Part shown: positions 42,114 to 51,280 of the stretch, in pieces
Layout of the letters: every line of letters starts with the position of its first letter
Position numbering within the stretch: the first letter of the stretch is position 1
Assembly: GCA_037190965.1 (NCBI GenBank)
Contig: JBBCKI010000063.1
Location: 1 to 64,000, forward strand
Direction: 5' to 3'
DNA length: 64,000 nt
Origin: Chthoniobacteraceae bacterium
GTDB taxonomy: Bacteria > Verrucomicrobiota > Verrucomicrobiia > Chthoniobacterales > Chthoniobacteraceae
Notes under the pieces: model-generated
Told to the model about the DNA's origin: nothing
Databases searched by the model: none
The model's input: the letters and a program-made list of their open reading frames with translations, nothing else
Translations under genes and position numbers: made by a program

Positions 42114-42343
42114 TGATCTTTTCTTTCCGGGTGATTTTCGCAGTTTTTGCCCGAGCACTCATTGGTTTCCTTCATGCATCAGGTTTTCGGGAAAGTGCCT
42201 GAATTTTTTGCCGCAGCTCCCCGGCGGATAATGGCTTTTCGGGGATAAAACATGGATTTTTGGGGTAAAACGACGCAATTAAGGCCCGGCGAATCGAGAT
42301 TCACCGGGCTGAGGAGCGACGTTTTGAGCCAAAGAGACGCTTT

Positions 42344-42510
42344 TAGCCCGATCTCCAATGCTGGAGCGAGCGGAACTGCGCAAGAGCCTGGAGCAGAAAC
42401 GGTTGAGGAGAAGCGCGGTCGTATCCTTTGATACGACGCGTTTCGACGAAGTCGTTTATGCCCAGGAAATTGCGCAAGGCCGCCGTGATCAACTTCGGAG
42501 TTCGGGTTTA
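42344..42510. mobile_element. MITE-like element, family C (~165 bp)
   Basis: Imperfect TIRs TAGCCCGATCTCC / GGAGTTCGGGTTTA; central hairpin GTCGTATCCTTTGATACGAC; related copy at 50634-50816. Confidence 0.55.
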
Positions 42511-42994
42511 GCACAGGGGTGGCAGGGCGATGGAATTCACGGGAAGTACCAATCCGACCGCGAGCATCGAAATTTCAACACAGCTATCGCTACAGACATG
42601 GCGTTCGGCCTCAAGTTTTCGCGGAATAAGCTCCCCTTTCGGCGATTTTCAATCATACAAAATAAGAAACCCTTATCAAGATCACCCTCAGTCCTCTAAT
42701 GTCCTGATTCCAGAAGCGCAGTTCTCCTCATTTCGGGCGGAAAAGGTCACGGGGGGTATTCACCCCTCTTACGTTGAGACCAAAGCGCCTCCGATAATAC
42801 GAAATCGCTCCCTCCTGAAGAAGAATCTGACGATGTGCCGCGCCAGTGCCTCCGGCTTCAGAAATCAAAGAGGATGGGTTACGGCTTGCAGATTTTGAGG
42901 AATCCGAGCAAAGATGAATCAAACTTTTATAAAACCTTAAAAGCGAGCGCCTCCAAACCGCTCGGAGACAAATATTTAATCCAAATTTGATCCA

Positions 42995-44122
42995 ATGAGG
43001 GACTTATCCAGTATGCGTTCGGAGCCGACCTCGCAGTTAAAATTGCTGCTGGTTGAGGACGACGCCTCCGTGCTCGCGGCGCTACGGATGTTTTTGAAGT
43101 CCGACTATGAAATTCATTCGGCGTCCACGGTGAGCGCCGGGATAAATCTCTTCAAAACCCTGCAGCCTGCGCTCGTACTGCTGGACTTGCGCCTTCCGGA
43201 TGGAGATGGACTGAATGCCTTGCGCGAGATACGGCTAATTAGTGCAACGGCCCCCGTGATTATCCTAACCGGTTACGCCTCAATGGGATCCATTGAAGAG
43301 TCCCTGCGCCTCGGAGCTTCCGATTTTCTGCATAAACCGTTCAAGGGATTCGAGCTGAAGTCGCGAATCGATCAATTGACCGGCCGAAATGCACCGCCCC
43401 CTCCCCCTAAAACTCCGGAAGAAAACGAAGAGCAGAAAAAAAAAGAACTGACTGAACTGGAATATCGGGCAAATGCCTCCGCGATGTTTCTGCACGATGC
43501 CGCCGGGCCGGTAACGACCGCGATGACGGCTGCCCAATTTCTAAACGAAGCGATCACCGCATCCCCTGATCACTTCGACCAAAGCTTGCATAAAATGAGC
43601 AAGCTCTTGTGCGATGCGATGAACCTTATCTCGGGGCTGTTTGAACAGAGCCGTTCCATCGAGCAATTATGCGACATGGTGGCCACGGAAGTCCCCGTCT
43701 TGAAGATTCTCGGCCCGACCATCGACCTGCTGCGCCCGAAAATCAGGAGTCGCGACATTACGATGAATGTTGAGGGAAAGCTTGAACATACTAGGTTGAG
43801 AGTTAATCATCTTGCATTGATTCGAGTCCTTTCCAATCTCCTGCACAACGCCATCGATGCCGTGGAAGACAATACTGGCAGGGTCAACCTGACCATGAAT
43901 CTAGAAAAAAAATGGGTTGAGTTTACCATTCAGGACAATGGTTCCGGCATCCCCCCTCAATACATGGAAAAAATTTTCGAAGCCCATTTTACAACCAAAC
44001 CGGAAGGAACCGGCATGGGCCTCTATATCTGCAAACACCTGATAGACAGCATGGAAGGCATGCTTACTGTACGAAATGAACCCGGCCACGGGTGCTGCTT
44101 CTCGGTTAAAATCCCTCGCTAA
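42995..44122 (+). CDS. Receiver-histidine kinase hybrid
   Basis: REC (VEDD, LDLRLP, KPF), atypical H-box FLHDAAGP, HATPase (NAIDA, DNGSGI, GTGMGL). Confidence 0.88.
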   Translation: MRDLSSMRSEPTSQLKLLLVEDDASVLAALRMFLKSDYEIHSASTVSAGINLFKTLQPALVLLDLRLPDGDGLNALREIRLISATAPVIILTGYASMGSIEESLRLGASDFLHKPFKGFELKSRIDQLTGRNAPPPPPKTPEENEEQKKKELTELEYRANASAMFLHDAAGPVTTAMTAAQFLNEAITASPDHFDQSLHKMSKLLCDAMNLISGLFEQSRSIEQLCDMVATEVPVLKILGPTIDLLRPKIRSRDITMNVEGKLEHTRLRVNHLALIRVLSNLLHNAIDAVEDNTGRVNLTMNLEKKWVEFTIQDNGSGIPPQYMEKIFEAHFTTKPEGTGMGLYICKHLIDSMEGMLTVRNEPGHGCCFSVKIPR

Positions 44123-44124
44123 TT

Positions 44125-45552
44125 ATGACTGCCCCGAACTCTGAAACCGATAATGACAGCATTATCGTTTGCGAAAACAGCCAAGGCGTTACCGTTCGTG
44201 CCATCCTACTCAGGATGACTCGCTATACGGTGAGCTTCGAAGTCTACAATCCTTACAGCATCCTTCAGCTTTCCGAAGTTCTGGGAAGCTTTCGGATCAT
44301 CATCGGCGGAAAAATCCTTTACTCAGGGCGAGGGATTGTCTGCAACATGGTCAATACGGGCATCGTGCTCGTTTGCGAAGCCTCGCTCGATGAGGAAAGC
44401 TGGCTTGAGCTTGATCTCCTCGCCCCGTGGGCGCAGGTGGAGCGGCTCGCAAGTGACTTTGAACGCATCGTCTCCGAATGGGGAAAGATGGAGCAGGTGT
44501 CACCCGAGCTCAAGGTGATCGTCTCCGACATGCAGACACTTCTTTCCGACATGCGGCGTTGGCTCGAACAGGTCGAGCTTGCCATTCGTTCGGGCTCTCC
44601 CCCCGAAAGAAGGAAGCTGGAGCTGACGATCATCGAACGGCTCAACACCTTGATTCTTCCGGTCACTCAAAAGCTTTTCGAGCGGTTCGAGGAGATTGCC
44701 GGAGGCACCAAGGACGAAGTTGTGGCGGTGCATCGCGCCTACGCGCGTCGCCAGCTTCACCCTCTCGTGCTTTGCTCCCCCTTCCTGCACCGGACTTTTC
44801 AGAAGCCGCTTGGCTACGCCGGCGACTACGAGATGGTCAACATGATCTTGCGGGATCCCGTCGAAGGCGCCTCTCTCTTCGCCAAGATGCTCAACAGTCA
44901 CTTTGTTGGCGTCGCGCCTGCGGAAGCACATCGCAATCGGGTCACCTACCTGACTGAAATGCTCAGCAGGGAGACGCGCCGCCGGGCCAAGCTTGGTTTG
45001 AACACCAGGTTCTTCAATCTCGGCTGCGGACCCGCCAAGGAAGTGCAGAACTTCCTTAACGATGATGACTTGTGTGATCGCGCCGAGCTGGCATTGCTCG
45101 ACTTCAACGACGAAACGCTCGCACAAACAGGAACGCTTCTGACCGACATCAAGATGAAGCTTCGCCGGTCAACACGGCTGCACATGATCAAGCGCTCCGT
45201 GCACCAGATCCTCAAGGAGGGGGCGCGCATCGGGGAAGTCGATACGGGAGCAAAGTACGACGTGGTTTATTGCGCCGGGCTCTTCGACTATCTTTCCGAC
45301 CGTATCTGCCATCGTCTGCTCGAGATTTTCTACGAAATGCTCGCCCCGGGCGGCCTTCTTGTGGCGACGAATGTCGAAGCGTCAAACCCGGCACGGGGGA
45401 TGATGGAGTATTTAATGGACTGGCACCTGATCTACCGGACCGGAGATCAACTCAAAGCGCTCGCGCCCAAGGGTGCGCTCCCCGAGAACATCGCCATTAC
45501 CGCCGATGTTACGGGCGTTAACATCTTCCTTGAAGTCACCAAGCCGCAATGA
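44125..45552 (+). CDS. phcB: PhcB-like SAM-dependent methyltransferase (3-hydroxy fatty acid methyl ester signal synthase candidate)
   Basis: NSQG...FEVYNPYSILQLSEVL, KPLGYAGDYEMVN, AHRNR, NLGCGPA and YCAGLFDYL, as recalled for Ralstonia PhcB; followed by sensor and receiver genes. Confidence 0.75.
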   Translation: MTAPNSETDNDSIIVCENSQGVTVRAILLRMTRYTVSFEVYNPYSILQLSEVLGSFRIIIGGKILYSGRGIVCNMVNTGIVLVCEASLDEESWLELDLLAPWAQVERLASDFERIVSEWGKMEQVSPELKVIVSDMQTLLSDMRRWLEQVELAIRSGSPPERRKLELTIIERLNTLILPVTQKLFERFEEIAGGTKDEVVAVHRAYARRQLHPLVLCSPFLHRTFQKPLGYAGDYEMVNMILRDPVEGASLFAKMLNSHFVGVAPAEAHRNRVTYLTEMLSRETRRRAKLGLNTRFFNLGCGPAKEVQNFLNDDDLCDRAELALLDFNDETLAQTGTLLTDIKMKLRRSTRLHMIKRSVHQILKEGARIGEVDTGAKYDVVYCAGLFDYLSDRICHRLLEIFYEMLAPGGLLVATNVEASNPARGMMEYLMDWHLIYRTGDQLKALAPKGALPENIAITADVTGVNIFLEVTKPQ

Positions 45553-48212
45553 ATTTGGTGAAACCGGGAGTCGGGCCGCCTGATTTCTCTTTGGAAGAGA
45601 GCGCGGCCCCCTCAAACGATCTTAAACAGGCTTTCTTTGAGTATAATCGCGACGTCCGCATCGCGAACTCAAAGATCGCCTGCATGCTGGTGATCGTCTT
45701 GATGCCCGTCGGTGTGACGCTCGATTATTTCGTCTATCCGGAACAAACCGGGTTCTTCCTGGTGCTGCGACTGATTTGTTCGGCGCTCGCAGGAGGATTG
45801 TGGGCGCTGCTGGGAACGCCCTTCGGCTATCGTCATTTCCGCGTTCTGGGGATGGGGTGGTTCGTGCTTCCGTCCTTTTTCATCAGCCTGATGATCTTCT
45901 TCTCCGAAGGGGCCAGCTCTCCGTACTACGCGGGGCTAAATCTGGTGTTGATCGCCGTTTCGTGGGTTGCCCAGATCGATTTTGTCGAGAGCTTGATCGC
46001 TGTGGGCTTGACGCTGCTGATGTATACGCTCGCGTGCCTGGGGCATGGAGGAGGCTCCGGCTCAGAGTATTTCAATAGCTTTTACTTCATCATCCTGACG
46101 GGCATCATCGTCGTCACCGGCAGCTACTTCCTAAACAGCCTGCGTTTTCGGGAATACGCCCTCCGTTCCGAGCTCGACCGCAACCGGCACGAGCTTCAGG
46201 AAAGCAACGCCAAGCTGGTGGAGCTTGATCGCGCAAAATCGGCTTTTTTTGCCAACGTCAGCCACGAACTTCGCACGCCGTTGACGCTTCTCATCGCGCC
46301 GCTCGACCGTTTACGCCATCGCGACGCGGGCTTCCCTGCTCATGAAGAGGGGGAAATGCTCGACATCATGTACAACAACGCGATGCGGCTCCTGCGCCTC
46401 ATCAATGACCTGCTCGATCTCGTGCGGCTCGATTCCGGCGCCATCCAGATCAAGCGGGAGAAGGTGGAACTGCTCCCATTTTTGGAAGGAATCGCAAAAT
46501 CGGTTTCCGTCGTCGCCGAGCAGAGAAAGCTCAAGTTCGAAAGCCGCTTCTCACCTCAAACGCAGACATCGGCCTCGATCGACCGCGACAAGCTCGAGAA
46601 AGTCATCCTGAATCTCCTCTTCAACTCGTTCAAGTTCACCCCCGAGCGCGGCCACGTCACCTTTACGGGCACCGTGGAAGAGGGACAACTGATCGTGAGC
46701 GTAAGGGACACCGGCGCGGGGATTGCCGCCTCCGATCTGCCGAGGATTTTTGACCGCTTCTGGCAGGCGGAAACCGCAGCAACACGCCGCTATCAGGGAG
46801 TCGGTATCGGATTGGCGCTCGTCAAAGAATTAACCGAAGCTCACGGTGGCCATGTCACTGTTGAAAGCGAACCAGGCAAAGGAACATGCATCCAAATCAC
46901 GGCTGATATTATGGGAACTCTCCACGAAGAACCAGAACCGGTGCCACAGGAAGTGGTCAATGCCCCAGTTGAATCGGAATGGCTGGTACAGTTATACCGG
47001 CGAGCCGAATTTTTCCCCGCCCACGTATTGGCAGGCAGCCAGACAAACGCTTCTCCGGAGGAATCCAGCCAGGATAAACCGTTGGTGCTCATCGCCGACG
47101 ACGAGCCGGAGATGCGGCGATTCCTCACTTCTCAGCTCAGAGGCCGCTACGCGATTCGCGAGGCGCGCAACGGCACCGAGGCGCTGGAACTCGCCCAGAG
47201 CCACGATTTCATTCTGATTCTGCTCGATCTGATGATGCCGGGCATTGACGGGATCACTCTCACGCGGCAACTCCGCGAGGAAGCCCGCACGGCTGCCGTC
47301 CCCATAGTCATTCTCACCGCACGCGCCGACGAAGATTCCAAGATGCAAGCCCTCGAAGCCGGGGCGACCGATTTCCTGACGAAGCCTTTCGCCAGCAGTG
47401 AACTGACGGTACGTTGCCGCAACCTCGTCCTGCAGCAGCAATTGCAACTGACCCTCGCCGGAAAAACCCGGGAGTTGGAAGCTGCCCTGGATCAGATCAA
47501 GGAGACCGAAGCCCAGCTTGTTCACCAGGCTAAAATAGCCTCGTTGGGACAGTTAAGTGCCGGGCTCATCCATGAGATCAACAATCCTCTCAATTTTGCC
47601 AATACTGCGGCCCATTTGATCCAGAAACGCTTTTCCAAACTCGCCCCGGAAGAGCGCGAATCCCTGCAACTTCCCATCAAGGATCTTCAGGATGGAATCC
47701 GCCGGGTTTCCGATATTATCAGCAGCCTGCGGTCGTTTACACACCCCGACGTCAGCAACTTCGCCTCCACTCCCCTGCACGAAGTTGCGGAAACATCGGC
47801 ACGGTTTGTGCAACTTGACCCCTCGGAAATCACACTCGAGATCAACATTCCGCCCGAGATCGAGGTTTGGGGAAACCGCAACCAACTCATTCACCTTTTC
47901 ATCAACCTTATTCAGAACGCCAGCGACAGCCTCCGCCAAAAGGCCGCACCGGAGAAAAAAATCAAGTTGGAAGCGTCATTGCAAAGTGGCCGCATTCTGG
48001 TGATATGTGAGGACAATGGCGCAGGGATCGAGACCAACGTTATCAACAAGGTATTTGATGCATTTTTCACCACGAAACCCGTCGGATCTGGCGTCGGCCT
48101 GGGCCTAAGCATCAGCCATCGCATCGTTCAGAACCACCAAGGCGAAATTCGTGTGGAAAGTGAAGCAAACCAATACTGCCGTTTCATTATAACCCTCAAT
48201 CCTCGGAGTTAA
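45549..48212 (+). CDS. PhcS-like membrane sensor: TM bundle-HisKA-HATPase-REC-HisKA-HATPase
   Basis: About 6 TM helices (LDYFVYP, SPYYAGLNL), SHELRTPL, REC (ADDE, DLMMP, KPF), HEINNPLN and two ATPase domains. Confidence 0.88.
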   Translation: MNLVKPGVGPPDFSLEESAAPSNDLKQAFFEYNRDVRIANSKIACMLVIVLMPVGVTLDYFVYPEQTGFFLVLRLICSALAGGLWALLGTPFGYRHFRVLGMGWFVLPSFFISLMIFFSEGASSPYYAGLNLVLIAVSWVAQIDFVESLIAVGLTLLMYTLACLGHGGGSGSEYFNSFYFIILTGIIVVTGSYFLNSLRFREYALRSELDRNRHELQESNAKLVELDRAKSAFFANVSHELRTPLTLLIAPLDRLRHRDAGFPAHEEGEMLDIMYNNAMRLLRLINDLLDLVRLDSGAIQIKREKVELLPFLEGIAKSVSVVAEQRKLKFESRFSPQTQTSASIDRDKLEKVILNLLFNSFKFTPERGHVTFTGTVEEGQLIVSVRDTGAGIAASDLPRIFDRFWQAETAATRRYQGVGIGLALVKELTEAHGGHVTVESEPGKGTCIQITADIMGTLHEEPEPVPQEVVNAPVESEWLVQLYRRAEFFPAHVLAGSQTNASPEESSQDKPLVLIADDEPEMRRFLTSQLRGRYAIREARNGTEALELAQSHDFILILLDLMMPGIDGITLTRQLREEARTAAVPIVILTARADEDSKMQALEAGATDFLTKPFASSELTVRCRNLVLQQQLQLTLAGKTRELEAALDQIKETEAQLVHQAKIASLGQLSAGLIHEINNPLNFANTAAHLIQKRFSKLAPEERESLQLPIKDLQDGIRRVSDIISSLRSFTHPDVSNFASTPLHEVAETSARFVQLDPSEITLEINIPPEIEVWGNRNQLIHLFINLIQNASDSLRQKAAPEKKIKLEASLQSGRILVICEDNGAGIETNVINKVFDAFFTTKPVGSGVGLGLSISHRIVQNHQGEIRVESEANQYCRFIITLNPRS

Positions 48213-48221
48213 CCTACCATC

Positions 48222-49478
48222 ATGATGAACAACCTGTACGACTACAAAAAGTTTGGACTCCTCTACGTGGATGATGAGGCCCAAACCGCATCGAACTTTA
48301 AGGCCTACTTTTCCGACACCTTTGACGTGGAAGTTGCCACAAGCGGAGAAGAGGCATGGGAGATTTTCTCCGCCAATAAAAACCGCTTCGCCATCGTCAT
48401 GAGCGATCAGCGGATGCCCGGCAGCAGCGGTGTCGAACTCCTGGAAAAAGTGCGTGCCGCCAGCCCCCGTGTCCTGCGTATTCTCGCCACGGCATACTCG
48501 GACATCGAGGCCGCCATCGCCGCCGTCAACAACGGCGCCATCTATCGCTATGTCAACAAGCCGTGGGACCCGCCCACGCTGGAAATGGAACTCAAGCGCG
48601 GCATGGAGTTCTTCCTGGTTCAGCGCGAACGGGATTCCCTGATGAAGGAAAAACTGTCGGCGCTTCAGCGCATGATGGTGACCGATCGCCTCTTGAGCCT
48701 TGGAGTTTTTGCCGCGGGGCTCAACCATCATTTGCGGAACTCCCTCACCGCAGTGAAAACATTCCTCGATCTCGCTCCCTTCCAGTTGCAGAGCGAGAAC
48801 ATCGACATCAACAACCTTCGTAACCCCAACTACTGGCGGGATTTTTACTCCACCGTCCAGGGGCAGATCTGCAAGGTGGTCGGATTGCTTCAGGATATCA
48901 ACGAAATCCCCCAACCCGCCGGAACGCCTTTGGCGGATTCCGTCTCGTTGAACACGCTCGTTCAGAGTGCTTACGACACCCATCGTGGAGCCTTTGACGA
49001 CAAGAAGATCGACGTCCGGCTTGAACTCGACCAGATTCCCGAAATCAAGGGCAATCGGCCTCTTTTGGAAAAGGCGCTCAAGCTCCTGTTGGCGGACGAG
49101 TCTTCAAATGTCCCCGCCGCGGGGAAAGTAACGATCAAAACAGCGGCCGACGTCGATAGTGCCGGACGGCAAGGAATCAAAATCGAGCTTCTCGACAATG
49201 GCCCGGGCCTTTCAGCCGCAAAGCTCGACTGCATCTTCGATCCGTTTTTCGTGCGGCAGGACAATCCCAGCGAGTACGGACTCAATCTCCTGACCTGCTT
49301 CTTTGTCGTTCACCACCATAGCGGAAGCATGCTTGTTGATCGCAGTGATGAAGGTGGGGCTCATTTCAAGATATTCTTGCCGCTGCAAGCCAGGGATAGC
49401 GACCTCCGCCAGGAAGAAACCTATTTGGAGCGCGTCTTCGAAATGGAAAAGACCTGGGAAAAGATGTTGATCAACTAA
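48222..49478 (+). CDS. PhcR-like receiver plus degenerate kinase domain
   Basis: REC (YVDDE, SDQRMP, KPW), NHHLRNSL, DNGPG and FDPFF, with degenerate N and G2 boxes (ADESSN, YGLNL). Confidence 0.82.
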   Translation: MMNNLYDYKKFGLLYVDDEAQTASNFKAYFSDTFDVEVATSGEEAWEIFSANKNRFAIVMSDQRMPGSSGVELLEKVRAASPRVLRILATAYSDIEAAIAAVNNGAIYRYVNKPWDPPTLEMELKRGMEFFLVQRERDSLMKEKLSALQRMMVTDRLLSLGVFAAGLNHHLRNSLTAVKTFLDLAPFQLQSENIDINNLRNPNYWRDFYSTVQGQICKVVGLLQDINEIPQPAGTPLADSVSLNTLVQSAYDTHRGAFDDKKIDVRLELDQIPEIKGNRPLLEKALKLLLADESSNVPAAGKVTIKTAADVDSAGRQGIKIELLDNGPGLSAAKLDCIFDPFFVRQDNPSEYGLNLLTCFFVVHHHSGSMLVDRSDEGGAHFKIFLPLQARDSDLRQEETYLERVFEMEKTWEKMLIN

Positions 49479-49525
49479 TAGGCGAGGCCCATCACCTCTC
49501 TTGGAAGAAGTAACATTTCGTGCGT

Positions 49526-49554
49526 GGCCCGGTTTTCCAATGGAAACCGGGCCA
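49526..49554. terminator. Hairpin between convergent genes
   Basis: TGGCCCGGTTTTCCAATGGAAACCGGGCCA. Confidence 0.55.
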
Positions 49555-49632
49555 TTTGAATTTGATTAGCGCAATCCCCTCCTCCACCGGCCATGGCTAC
49601 CTGCATGAGCAAGGCCTCCAATCATCAACGCC

Positions 49633-50307
49633 TCAACTGAGTAGACGATAAGCCGACTCAGAGAACGCAAGAATATCGCTCCAACCCAATTCGAACGCAG
49701 GCTCCATTTCCTTAATGAAACGCCGAGTCGAATCGGCAATTTTCTCTTCAGCAGTTGCCAAACGTCGGCCAACGCTGCTCTCGTGACACGCCCACAATAC
49801 GGCGACCTCCCTCCGGGTTAACCCATGACCATGGACAAGTTGAAGGATGACGAGATCCTCCGGATCGCATTCCCGGAAAGCATTGCGAAGGGCTTGTCCG
49901 ACGATTTCGACGGCTACCGGATCGACCAGCCCGTCCGACGCTCCTTCGCTTAAGCTCTCGCTTTCCTGCAACGCCCGCAATTCCTCAATAACTTCGTGGC
50001 GAACCTTCTCGTGCCGCTTTCTTGAAATCCAACGATTAATGGCGATGGCCGCCAGCCATGGCTGAAGGATTGATCTCCCGTCAAATCGGTGAAAAAGAGG
50101 AACACGGCCGGTATCGCCTGCGAGACAGTCTGCCCAGATCGCCGCAAGAATTTCGTCCGCTTCGCTTTCAGACGCACCGCGCCTCGTCAGGACCGCTCGC
50201 AGGTAAGGACCGTTAATCCTCTGGAGCTCCAAAATGGACTCTGTGTCACCCTCCAGACAACGCTGCACGAGGTTGATGTCACGAATTTCGTCTAACTGTT
50301 CACCCAT
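49633..50307 (-). CDS. ECF-type sigma-70 factor
   Basis: D..LVQRC..GD, region-2 FDGRS.L..WL..IA.N and region-4 GLTRREVA.L....ESSV.RRL. Confidence 0.8.
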   Translation of the reverse strand: MGEQLDEIRDINLVQRCLEGDTESILELQRINGPYLRAVLTRRGASESEADEILAAIWADCLAGDTGRVPLFHRFDGRSILQPWLAAIAINRWISRKRHEKVRHEVIEELRALQESESLSEGASDGLVDPVAVEIVGQALRNAFRECDPEDLVILQLVHGHGLTRREVAVLWACHESSVGRRLATAEEKIADSTRRFIKEMEPAFELGWSDILAFSESAYRLLS

Positions 50308-50414
50308 CCGGTCTCGATCTTAGGAATTCAAGGTGGGCATACAACGCAAAAGAGGGTGCGAAGCGAGGCAAAAGCTTTTGCAAGCCTGAGCCGGTATGGC
50401 GTAGCCTACAAAAA

Positions 50415-50642
50415 GTGATGACGAATTTTGGCAGCCTATTTCGCCTTCTTGAAACCCTCGACAAGGAGGTTTCGGGCCGACAAGCCGTCACGCCGCCGAT
50501 GGAAATTCAAGGATTGCTCCGCGATTTGATGCAAGGAAACCTTTCTGCGAAACAGCGGAAGGTCATTTGTGAAAAGCTCCTGGAGGAACCGGGGTGGATC
50601 GCATGGTTCGCGGAGGAGATTAAGGCCAATCGCACCCGATGA
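50415..50642 (+). CDS. Small protein resembling a Cys-less anti-sigma N-terminal domain
   Basis: 75-aa ORF with L..L..G.LS..QR..I.E.L; TTGCAA-N18-TAGCCT lies 7 nt before the GTG. Confidence 0.55.
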   Translation: MMTNFGSLFRLLETLDKEVSGRQAVTPPMEIQGLLRDLMQGNLSAKQRKVICEKLLEEPGWIAWFAEEIKANRTR

Positions 50643-50816
50643 CGATTGGGAATCGACGAGCGGACGCCGCGTAAGCATACAGGCCTTGCGGTTGAGTGAC
50701 GGAAGAATAGCAAGGGTTGCCGCACTATTGCTGACACCCTCGGATTCCACGGAAAACAACGAAGAACCGCGTAAAATTGCGCAAGGCCGCTACGAGTGCG
50801 TCGGAGTTCGGGTTTG
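50634..50816. mobile_element. Degenerate second copy of MITE family C
   Basis: AAATTGCGCAAGGCCGC (50774-50790) and TCGGAGTTCGGGTTT (50801-50815) are identical to 42467-42483 and 42495-42509. Confidence 0.55.
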
Positions 50817-50832
50817 ATTCCGCTTTAAGAAG

Positions 50833-51186
50833 TGGAGGCGAGGGGAGTTGAACCCCTGTCCTATAAACCATCTAGACCCGCTTCTACATGCATATTTGGC
50901 CTACTATTTAGGATGACGGTTGCGGACCAACGCGCTGCCGGCATCCGAGCGTCCACGAAATTATTTCGCCTTCAGATGCGGTCGCCCCACCTTCCGGCTA
51001 GCCTACTGTCATCGCTCCCGGCTGTAGTAGGCGTCCGGCCGGGAACGTCACGGTCAATTAAGCCGCGAGAGCGAGGTCGTTAGACTCTGCATTTATTTGT
51101 TTTGATCCGGTTATTAACGAGGCCAACGAATCATCCTCGGCATGCGGCGTGAATTTCAGATTTGTAGTCGAAACCAGTACGCCCCC
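50833..51186 (-). ncRNA. ssrA: tmRNA; tag peptide (A)AESNDLALAA*
   Basis: 5' GGGGGCGTACTGGTTTCGAC; 3' GGGTTCAACTCCCCTCGCCTCCA with the G3-U wobble; tag ORF 51090-51058; CCA not encoded. Confidence 0.96.
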
Positions 51187-51280
51187 TTAACGGAGTCAAT
51201 TTTACGCAATTATGGGGCTTGTGCAAGCGCTCAAGCAAAAATCGCTCGACTCTTCTCCCGCAAGGCATGATTTTCCGGGC

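Noticed and set aside
42179..42922. Short ORFs between the ATP-grasp gene and the phc-like operon
   Set aside because: They overlap MITE-like repeats and AT-rich promoter DNA and show no protein motifs
43436..43444. Phase variation at A9 in the REC-kinase linker (also A9 at 52488-52496 and C8 at 36935-36942)
   Set aside because: The runs are short, in frame and explained by Lys/Phe/Gly codons; read-level data would be needed
50832..51083. ORF MEARGVEPLS...
   Set aside because: It is the antisense reading of tmRNA
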